Positions 8,372 to 16,563 of a DNA stretch of 32,000 bases are shown here, in pieces; the first letter of the stretch is position 1, and the number at the start of each line of letters is the position of its first letter. A model generated the notes under the pieces. It did not search any database and had not been told where the DNA came from. It worked only from the letters and a program-made list of their open reading frames with translations. The stretch is from an uncultured Chloroflexia bacterium (lineage in GTDB: Bacteria > Chloroflexota > Ktedonobacteria > Ktedonobacterales > JADMIN01), in contig CAVRAI010000001.1 in assembly GCA_963718915.1 (NCBI GenBank), forward strand, positions 330,001 to 362,000, written 5' to 3'. Position numbers and translations under genes: made by a program.

Positions 8372-11300
8372 ATGCGTGACCAGCAATCGGCACATCCACG
8401 TACCCGTCAGTCGCTGTGGCTCCGCGAGCATGCGCGCTGGGCGATGCTCCTGCTGCTGGTGCTCAGTGGGATCCTGATGCCGATCTCGCAGGATGCGTCA
8501 ATCTTCTTTCCTGTGGCCTCGGCGCACGGCCTTGGCACGCAGAGCACGAAGCCCACTCCCAACCGCTTCAATCCCCATGCGGACGCCACCTCGGTCGCGC
8601 CGCCTGCTGGTTTTGGCAAAGGGAAGACCGCCAATGCCCCCGCTGGTCCCCCGCAATCGCTGAAACGGGCTGGGAGCTTCAGCATGCAACCGGGAAGACT
8701 GGCCTTGTCCGCTGATCACGCCACGACCTTCAAGGGCAGTGACGGACGGTTGGAGATCGATGTGCCAGCGGGCGCGGTGACCGGCGACGATCTGGCAGCC
8801 GCCGGGGGATACATCAGCCTGCGCATCAGCCAGATTGCCCCGGCGTCCGGCTCCAGCGCGGGTGGCAGCGGGATCGTGTCGTTTGGCACGTATCTGGTGC
8901 AGGCAGTCGATGCCCAGGGCGTCTTGCTGCCCCACGGGTTGCGCCAACCGGCGACGCTCAAACTCCACTACGCCACGCGCGAGTCCGCCCTGGATCTTTC
9001 GCATGCCGTCGCGGTCTTCAACACGCAGTTGCCGGATGGGACGGATCCTGACCTGGCTCCCCTGACCTTCGCCGTGCAGGTGCAGCAGCCCGGCCGCCTC
9101 ACCGGAGGGAATGTCGATGTCGCCCCTCCGGGTTCAGCGCCGACGATGGCGAACAGCCATTTTGGTCCCTACAGCTCGCAGGCGGCGACGCTGGACACGG
9201 CAAGTCAATCGCTCATCGTGCCGCTCACGTTGAAAGACCCCAGTAACACCAATTCCTTCGACACCGATGCGGCGGTAGCCACCTTTGGCAAGCCCGATCC
9301 CTTCAACGTCGATCTCAATGCCGGGTCGCTCACCAGTGGCATTCCGATCGATGTGCCGAGCGGCCCTGATGGTCTCACGCCGCCAGTGACGCTTTCGTAC
9401 AGCAGCGCGGGTGTCTCGGAGCAGCACAACCCGCAGGGCGCCGCAGGGTGGGCGGGTGAAGGTTGGACCCTGGACATGGGCGCGATTTCGTGGGCGGAGC
9501 ATAACAGCAATGCCAGTTGCACCTCAGGCTGTGGCAATGGCTGGGAGGATACCTGGGAACTCTCCGACCCGTTCGGTACCTCGGTCGAACTGATCCCGCC
9601 CAATATCCAGGTCGCCACCTACTACGACGATACCGGGAACAGCATTACCGCCAGCCCGGTACGCTGGCACACGACGCCGGACAACTATGCGAAGGTCTAT
9701 TCCTATACCAGCACGCTCACACTGCCGGATGGGGCGGGGGTGCATCCGCCGTGCTTCCGGGTCTTCCTTACCAATGGCATCATGGAGGAGTTCGGCTGCA
9801 CGAGCGACTCGCTCCAGTACTACTACACGCCGGGGATGGGCGACTATATCGCCAGCTGGCATCTCGATCTGATTACCGACCCGCAGGGCAACCAGATTCA
9901 CCTGAAATACGCGAGCGACGTCGAGCAGAAGAGCGTCTCGGGCGTCAATCACCCGTACGACCGCGACACGGTCCTCAGCACCATCGAATGGGACTCACCT
10001 ACCTGCCAGAACGCCTCGACCGCCTGCGCCATCGGAGGCACCGCCCCCAACAAATGGGCGCCGCTGATGCAGGTCAGCTTCACGGCTGGGCACGCGCCCA
10101 CCCACCCAACGAACACACTCACGGGCTGCAATACCGGCACGAATCTGCGCTGCGACGATCCCCTAGATCTCTCGACCACCATCTGCAAGGCTGGCTACAC
10201 GACGAAGGGACTCCCCGCGCCTGATGTGCAGAGCACCTCTGTGCTCAACGATGTCGTCGTGCAGGTGCGCGGAAGCGCCGCGGGAAGCTGGAACTCGCTG
10301 CGCGACTACCAGTTCACCTATCAGCGCTCTGCACCCAGCCAGGTTGGCGCCGGGGAGGTCTACGACCCCGTGACGGGGATGTGCGAGTCGGTGGCAGGGT
10401 CGCTATTGCTGACCAAGCTCGTGGAAGTGGGCGACGACCTCACGACCGCGTTGCCAACCCACACCTTCGGCTACACCGCCGTGCCGCAGTACTATGAAGA
10501 TGATGTTTACCACCCCCACACCCTGCCTGGTGGCGCGACAAACTGCGGGCCATCGTTCAATACCGGGAATGGCAGCGGATGCCTGCTCTGGAACCAGAGC
10601 TTCGACGGCAACAGTTACTATCTCTCGACCGCCGACAACGGCATGGGGCTGCACCAGACCTTTAGCTGGGCCAACGCACGCAACAACACACACGGTGTCA
10701 ATGGCGGCGGCTCGAATAATGAGATACCGCTCTATTGTAATGGGTTGAGCGCGGCCGACCAGAAAGTCTACCCCTGCAACGAGGCCGACGACCAGAACTG
10801 GAGCCACGCCGTCCTCACCCAGCAGAAAGGGGATGTTGTTCGCGCCTCCACCGATGGCGACACCACGATTTCGAGCACTTCCACCTACGCCTACACCCTG
10901 ACAGCCCTGCCGAACCGGGCGTGCTCCGACTGCGTGGCGGGGATGTACTGGGGCAACCAGAACAACGGCGATTACCTTGACTACTACGACGCCAAGTTCA
11001 TGGGCTTTGCCGAGGCCGATGTCGCCAATCCCGACGGCTCCTTTGTCAAACACAAATATCTCTCGACCGAGGGGTATGGCCTCTACGACGCGACGGTGCC
11101 TTGTCTGGCGTATATCTTGCCCTGCCACGTCTCGCCGTGGTGGGATATCGGCAACGCGGGCCATGGCCACGAGTATGAGACCGATTACTATGATATCGGC
11201 GGCACGACCCTGCTCAAGAAGGAGACCGCCCAGTATCAACTGGTCTGCCCGGCGGGCGGCGTCGCGGGGTCGCCTTCGTGGAGCACGACGCTCAACGGCA

Positions 11301-12214
11301 ACCCCTACACCTATACCTGGGACGGCATGCTCGTGGCCGCGCTCGACCATGGCAATCCGGTGGCCGACTGCGATGTGCAGACGACATCGACGGATTCGAC
11401 CATGGTCAATGGCGCATCGGACCCGTTCTACGCGCCGCATAGCAGCGCCAGCTACCTCTACGACAGTGTGGGGCGCGTCACCGACCAGACCACCGGCGTG
11501 GATACCGGGCTGGAGGCGCAATACTTCGCCAATAGCAGCCTGACGGGTGATCCAGCGCTCACCCGGCTGGACGCGACCGTGAACAATAGCTGGGGCACTG
11601 GCTCGCCCTTCCCTGGCATTGGCCCGAACGGGTTCTCCGTGCGCTGGACCGGCTACGTGCAGCCGCAGTATTCGGGGACGTACACCTTCTATACCGATTC
11701 AGATGATGGGGCGCGGCTCTGGGTCAACGGGACCGAACTCGTCAACAACTGGACGAACCACGGCCTGACGGAGAACAGCGGGACCATCGCGCTCACCGCG
11801 GGCCAGCTCTACCCGATTACCTTGGAGTATTACGACTACACCAGCACCGCGACGATCCAGCTGTACTGGTCGGAGGCGAGCCAGCCGAAGCAGATCATCC
11901 CGGCGACGGCCCTCTTCACCCGCGCAGATGGCGGCGGCGGCACGGCCTACGGCAGCGTTCCCGCCGTGGTCACCCATACCGACTACATCCAGAACAATGG
12001 CCTCACCGCGACCAGCACCGGCGTGACCGGCCACTACCTGCTGACCTTCCCCGCCTACGTCTACACCCGCGACGGCGGCAACACCGTCCACTACGCCTGC
12101 GGCCAGGTCAGCTATGACGGCGCGGGGTACGCCACCGGCCAGCAGAGCAGCCTGACGCTGGGCGAGGCGATGACCGGCGACCAGTACACCAGCTGTGGCA
12201 ACGCCGGGCAATAG
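8372..12214 (+). CDS. intact 1280-codon N-terminal ORF of the rhs gene (signal anchor, SpvB/TcB-like region, PA14)
   Basis: A TM/signal anchor 'WAMLLLLVLSGILMPI' opens the ORF. An SpvB-type motif 'GIPIDVPSGPDGLTPPVTLSYSSAGVSEQHNPQGAAGWAGEGWTLDMGAISW' lies at about 9311-9490. A TcdB-mid-like 'WHLDLITDPQGNQIHLKY' lies at about 9857-9910. The ORF ends at TAG 12212-14, created by an extra c at 12209 relative to copy B. Confidence 0.85.
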   Translation: MRDQQSAHPRTRQSLWLREHARWAMLLLLVLSGILMPISQDASIFFPVASAHGLGTQSTKPTPNRFNPHADATSVAPPAGFGKGKTANAPAGPPQSLKRAGSFSMQPGRLALSADHATTFKGSDGRLEIDVPAGAVTGDDLAAAGGYISLRISQIAPASGSSAGGSGIVSFGTYLVQAVDAQGVLLPHGLRQPATLKLHYATRESALDLSHAVAVFNTQLPDGTDPDLAPLTFAVQVQQPGRLTGGNVDVAPPGSAPTMANSHFGPYSSQAATLDTASQSLIVPLTLKDPSNTNSFDTDAAVATFGKPDPFNVDLNAGSLTSGIPIDVPSGPDGLTPPVTLSYSSAGVSEQHNPQGAAGWAGEGWTLDMGAISWAEHNSNASCTSGCGNGWEDTWELSDPFGTSVELIPPNIQVATYYDDTGNSITASPVRWHTTPDNYAKVYSYTSTLTLPDGAGVHPPCFRVFLTNGIMEEFGCTSDSLQYYYTPGMGDYIASWHLDLITDPQGNQIHLKYASDVEQKSVSGVNHPYDRDTVLSTIEWDSPTCQNASTACAIGGTAPNKWAPLMQVSFTAGHAPTHPTNTLTGCNTGTNLRCDDPLDLSTTICKAGYTTKGLPAPDVQSTSVLNDVVVQVRGSAAGSWNSLRDYQFTYQRSAPSQVGAGEVYDPVTGMCESVAGSLLLTKLVEVGDDLTTALPTHTFGYTAVPQYYEDDVYHPHTLPGGATNCGPSFNTGNGSGCLLWNQSFDGNSYYLSTADNGMGLHQTFSWANARNNTHGVNGGGSNNEIPLYCNGLSAADQKVYPCNEADDQNWSHAVLTQQKGDVVRASTDGDTTISSTSTYAYTLTALPNRACSDCVAGMYWGNQNNGDYLDYYDAKFMGFAEADVANPDGSFVKHKYLSTEGYGLYDATVPCLAYILPCHVSPWWDIGNAGHGHEYETDYYDIGGTTLLKKETAQYQLVCPAGGVAGSPSWSTTLNGNPYTYTWDGMLVAALDHGNPVADCDVQTTSTDSTMVNGASDPFYAPHSSASYLYDSVGRVTDQTTGVDTGLEAQYFANSSLTGDPALTRLDATVNNSWGTGSPFPGIGPNGFSVRWTGYVQPQYSGTYTFYTDSDDGARLWVNGTELVNNWTNHGLTENSGTIALTAGQLYPITLEYYDYTSTATIQLYWSEASQPKQIIPATALFTRADGGGGTAYGSVPAVVTHTDYIQNNGLTATSTGVTGHYLLTFPAYVYTRDGGNTVHYACGQVSYDGAGYATGQQSSLTLGEAMTGDQYTSCGNAGQ
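11510..11917 (+). other. PA14 domain inside the rhs gene
   Basis: 'LEAQYFANSSLTGDPALTRLDATVNNSWGTGSPFPGIGPNGFSVRWTGYVQPQYSGTYTFYTDSDDGARLWVNGTELVNNW...LTAGQLYPITLEYYD...IQLYWS' is the canonical PA14 pattern. Confidence 0.8.
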
Positions 12215-14640
12215 CTTTGCCCTGAGCGGGCAGATCCGCAGCACCTCCACCTATGATAGCTATGGGAACGCGCAGACGACGACCGATCCCGACGCCAACG
12301 CGGGCAACACCGCGCACAAGGGCTGCACCGTCGGCAGTAGCACGTATACCACCTGCGTGACCTACGACTCGACGTTCGACGGTCCTGCCGGTCTCCAGCG
12401 CCAACGCGCTCACCCAGAGCGTCTCGCTGGGCTTCAACGCCACCTCGGACGCGACCGGTGGCTTTGGCCTCTGGCCAACCTCGGCGACCGACGCCAACGG
12501 GCAGGTCGCCACGACCACCTACGACGCGCTGGGGCGGACGCTGAGCACGACGCGCGCCGGGCGAGACGACCGGGCTGACGACCACCACGACCAGCTATAC
12601 CGTCTGGTGCAACCCGCCGACGGGGCGCGTAGACACCCTGTGTTGAGGTGGACAGCACCCAGCGGCTCGACGCCAGCAATACCGTCACCGCGCGCAGCTT
12701 CTACGACGGCTACGGGCGGCTGGTGGAGACGCGCACCGCCGCGCCCGGCGGCAACGACATCGTCCAGTATGTCGACTATGATGTCTCCGGGCGGGTCGAT
12801 CAACGCCAGTGTGCCCTACTTCGTCCCTGCCTATAGCGGCGGCCCCGGCTCAGCGGCGTTCTCCGACGCCAGATGCGACGCCAGGCGGGTACCCAGACGA
12901 CCTATGACGGGCTGGGGCGGACGCTCAGCGTGCAAGACCCGCTCGCGGCAGACGACGACCACGAGCTACCAGGTCGAGTGCGGCTGGACCGCGCCCGCCG
13001 ACACCGCCTGCTATCAGGCGATCACGGTCCACGACGCGCTGCATGCACCAGACCTACTCCCTCGTCGATGGGCTGGGGCGGGTCGATCTACAGCGAGCGG
13101 GATACCGGCAACAGCAGCGGCACCTGGGGATGGTATACGGAGACCCACTACACCTACGACGCCAATGGCAACCTGACCAAGATCTTCGTCCCCTATGATG
13201 ACCCGGCGACGACGACCTTCAGCTATGACGCCACCGGGCGCACCACCGGCATGACCGACCCCGACCGGGGGACGGAAGCGTATAGCTACGACGCCAATGG
13301 CAACGTCATCCAGACGACCGACGCGCGCGGGCAGCGAGCGGGACAATCTACGCGGGCTACGACGGGCTGAACCGCCAGGTCTGGCGCAACACCAGCAATA
13401 GCCCGACGGGCGCCTACGTCACCTACAGCTACGACAGCACCAGCGGCGGCAACTATGGCGTCGGGCGGCTGACCGGCGAGACCTTTAGCGGCGCGCTCGG
13501 CTCCGGCTCCTACAGCTACAGCTACGACCGGCGCGGCGAGACGACCAGTCTCGACCCTGACCATGGGCGGCACTGGGGGCGGCAGCTACCCGGTGGGCAC
13601 GACCTACAACGACGCCGGACAGGCGCTCATGCTGACCTACCCGAACGGCGAGACTGTCACCGCGAGCTACAGCGCGGCAGGCTGGCTCGGCAGCCTCACC
13701 CGGACGCTGAGCGGCACACCACCACGCTGCTCGGCGCGATCAGCTACACCGGCAGCGGTGGCGCGAGCGGGCAGATGACCAGCGCGCAAGTGGGGATCGT
13801 CAGCGGGAACGCTACCTACAGCTACAGCGCCAGCTTCGATACGCTGGCCCGGCCAACCGATGTCAAGACCAGCCGGATCAGCGACGGGGCGACGCTGTTT
13901 GAGGAGGCGCCGACCTACGACGCGGTGGGCAACATCACCAGCGAGACGACCACGTTGCCGACCGGGACCGATGTGCAGCAGTTCTGCTACGACGACTTCA
14001 GCCGCCTGACCTGGGCAGGGTCGACTGGGACGCCGCCCTGCACCGGGACAGCCATCACTCCTGGCACGCTGACCGCCGCCCAGTATACGCAGACCTTCAG
14101 CTACGACAACCAGGACCGGCTGACCAGCAGCCCGCTGGGCAGCTACTCCTACGACGACGCCGAATCACCTGCACGCCGCCACCTTCGTGGACATTAGCGG
14201 CACCGACGACTATTGCGCCGAGCTACGATGCCAGCGGCAACATGACTCGCCCGCGCGCCCAGCGAGAGTCATGCCCCAGCAGCAACTGAGCTACGACAAC
14301 GAGGGGCGGCTCACAGCCTGGCAGAACGCGCCGTCGTCAGCCCACGAGCACGGCGCAGTATCTCTACGATGGCGAGGGCAACCGCGTCGAGCAGCAGACG
14401 ACGAGTGGCGGGACGACCACCACGACCACCTATGTCGGCGACATCGAGCAGGTGGCGACCAGCGGCGGCACGATCCACCACCACAACGTACTACTACGCC
14501 GCTGGGCAGCGCATTGCCCTGCGGTCAACGGCACGCTCAGCGTATCTCGCCAGCGATCTCCTCGGCAGCGCGACGGTCGCCCTCGATGGCAGCGGTATCC
14601 CGATCGCCAGCCAACTTTACGCGCCGTATGGCGGAGTCCG
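12165..14640 (+). repeat. YD-shell copy A (direct repeat of 21452-23905)
   Basis: It aligns by eye nearly base-for-base with copy B, from '..ccagtacacc.gctgtggcaacgccggg' to '..gtcgccct.ga.g.cagcgg'. Offset is about 9.29 kb. Confidence 0.85.
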
Positions 14641-14842
14641 CTACAGCAACGGCACGATGCCGACCGACTATGGCTTTACCGGCCAACGGGCCGACAGCGC
14701 CACCGGGCTGGATTATTATGGCGCACGCTACTATGACCCAGCGCTGGGCCAGTTTACTTCCGCCGATACAGTCTTGGATGGGTTGAACCGCTATGGCTAC
14801 GTGGGTGGCAATCCCGTCAGCTATACCGATCCCAGTGGGCAT

Positions 14843-15647
14843 ATCCACGTCGAAAAGGATGATTGGATCGTTCTGGGCGGAGGGCCTGATTACGACGGTG
14901 TGATCGGCACTCCCAGCGTCAATGTGTGGGATGATTTCCATGTCGGTACCGATCCCCTCACGCTCACAGATGGGGATAAGCAGATTACATTCACCGATAA
15001 CGCCACCGTGACCGAAACCACCGCAGAAGGCGCGAAGACCCAGAGTGCCGATGACTGGTGGGCGCAGCAGACAGGGGTGACGACGAACGAGTTCACCGAC
15101 GAGTTCAGAGCGCCGGGGCGCGAGGCCTGGGACAGCGAGTTCACCCCGGCCAATGACGGTGATCATCGGCAATGGCGGCAATGGCGGCAATGGCGGCAAT
15201 GGCGGCAATGGCGGCAATGGCGGCAATGGCGGCGGTAGTGGGGGTAGTAGTGGTTCAGGAGGGGGCGGCAGGAACCCCGGAGCTACTGCCTCCATCAGCC
15301 AGGATGGCGCCACGACAATTGAGGGAACCTCAGGCGAGGGCGTACAGAATCCTGGATTTGATATCGGTCCACATAGGTTTGGTGGTCAATGTGCAGAAGT
15401 CATGTGTGCTTCCAAAGTCGTAAACGCCATTGAAAATGGCGAAGATGGCTGGGAGGTAGGTAAACCGGCTTACATACACGTAAACCAGTTTAGGTATCAA
15501 GGGCCGTGTGCTGGTTGTGAATATATCCTTAAGCAACTGGCATCGTACCTCGATGCGCCAGTCCAGCTATCCTACGATGGTGGGTCTAGGTTTGGGATAG
15601 TCACGCTGCCGCGATACTTGCCGGGTTTCTACCCATTCGGGGGGTAG
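14843..15647 (+). other. C-terminal toxin tip CT1: pre-toxin region + (GGN)7 linker + deaminase-like domain
   Basis: It begins right after DPSGH (14828-14842). The frame changes near 15167, from ORF 14369..15238 to ORF 15153..15647. Zinc-ligand and catalytic motifs are 'QCAEV' (CAE 15390-15398) and 'GPCAGCE' (15504-15518). GC is lower than in the shell. Confidence 0.6.
15168..15233 (+). repeat. 9-bp tandem repeat (aatggcggc x7) encoding a (GGN)n linker
   Basis: AAT recurs at 15171, 15180, 15189, 15198, 15207, 15216 and 15225 in perfect register. It reads GNGGNGG in frame 0 and RQWRQW in frame 2. Confidence 0.95.
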
Positions 15648-15884
15648 GAGGAAAAAGTAAGTGGCGAGAATTTTGGAGGTGGCGTCCAGGAGCTTGCACG
15701 ATCGGCTTTTCAAGAGATCTTTGGGCAACGGTTCATGCACGTTTTCCTGCCCCGTGCACTGGTTGCTCAGCTGATGATAAGTGAGGCACCCATGATGGGT
15801 ATATACTGTTGCCCGGAGACAGCGGAAACAGCGGAGCCGACAACACCCTGGCGAGTCCATGAGTCAAGAAAGAAGGTCAAATAA

Positions 15885-16448
15885 ATGGCGCTTGTTCAAC
15901 TTGATGGCGACGCCATGGGGTACATTCACGAGGCACTGGCACAGCCATATCCATTTGCAGAGGCAATGCGCCTCTTACCCTGGGAGCGGGGTTCGCTTTG
16001 GTCATTTGTACCCATCTCAGAGGAAGAACGGTGGTCAAACTGGGAAGCCTTCCTCCATTTCGTCCTCCAGTATCTGCATGCTGGAGGGCAACGGGCATTC
16101 GTGATGAGCCACGCGTTTCCGGGCCGACGTACTGATGCTCGTTTACTAGAAGATCCACGTCTGGGCCGTGAATGGGCGGATTGGTGTTTCTGCGGCGATG
16201 CACTATGCTTCTTTACAACCGAAATTGCGGATGTCGCCCAGATCGTGCATGTACTAGAAGATGTCCAAGCACCAGCAGCATTTGGCGTCTTGGTACGTGA
16301 CGTAGCCCTTCCCTGGCATGCTGACCTCTCGCAAAAAACACTCGATGATATGGTGTCACGCGCTGAATATGCTGTGTTGGAGATTGATGCCTACGATAAC
16401 AGGACCGCGCTCATCTGGAGTCGCACTGAGACACTTGAAGCGCAGTAG
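15885..16448 (+). CDS. candidate immunity protein for CT1 (hypothetical, 187 aa)
   Basis: This clean lower-GC ORF is the first one downstream of the toxin tip on the same strand. I recognise no family. The immunity role is positional inference. Confidence 0.5.
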   Translation: MALVQLDGDAMGYIHEALAQPYPFAEAMRLLPWERGSLWSFVPISEEERWSNWEAFLHFVLQYLHAGGQRAFVMSHAFPGRRTDARLLEDPRLGREWADWCFCGDALCFFTTEIADVAQIVHVLEDVQAPAAFGVLVRDVALPWHADLSQKTLDDMVSRAEYAVLEIDAYDNRTALIWSRTETLEAQ

Positions 16449-16563
16449 CTGACTCGACTGGGGAGTCGAATAACCGAGAGTCCGGTCTGCATAGCATAAG
16501 GCACCGGGATGGCAATTACCCCCGGTACCCTCACCAGCGCGCAATATACCCAGTCCTTCAGTT

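Larger units (their letters stand above)
8372..15647 (+). pseudogene. main Rhs/YD-repeat polymorphic toxin gene, reading frame broken about 22 times after position 12209
   Basis: One homologous coding path runs through ORFs 8372..12214, 12195.., 12648.., 12607.., 12873.., 13563.., 13775.., 14187.., 14452.., 14369..15238 and 15153..15647. YD motifs appear throughout ('YDGYGRLVETR', 'YTYDANGNLTKI', 'FSYDATGRTTGMTDPDRG', 'YSYDANGNVIQTTDARG'). The core end 'YYDPALGQFTSADTVLDGLNRYGYVGGNPVSYTDPSGH' finishes at 14842. Confidence 0.85.

Noticed and set aside
10403-11521. 372-aa minus-strand ORF, plus many other 80-280-aa antisense ORFs such as 7175..8011, 11699..12250, 14537..15313 and 19165..20025
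   Set aside because: They lie antisense to strongly supported genes in >65% GC DNA. They are Arg/Gly/Ala/Pro-rich with no motifs or RBS, which is typical of GC-driven shadow ORFs.
12636-12650. Shared 'ccctgtgttgaggt' with an in-frame TGA in both shell copies (A 12644-46, B 21927-29), considered as a possible programmed +1 frameshift or recoding site
   Set aside because: tRNA-Cys on UGU cannot re-pair in the +1 frame. Nucleotide alignment of A and B is better explained by different upstream +1 indels, so the TGA is not in the ancestral frame. With ~22 other lesions, recoding is not a sensible explanation.
15168-15233. Short perfect tandem repeats (also the Q/G/Y/P repeats at about 25066-25330), considered as a CRISPR or other array
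   Set aside because: The units are 9 bp and about 18 bp with no spacers and are in-frame coding repeats. They are not CRISPR.
15567-15860. 97-aa minus-strand ORF and a 30-codon plus-strand ORF (15792-15884) in the CT1-imm1 spacer
   Set aside because: The minus ORF overlaps the toxin 3' end and has no RBS or motif. The mini-ORF has no RBS and no recognisable features. It is mentioned only as part of the spacer finding.
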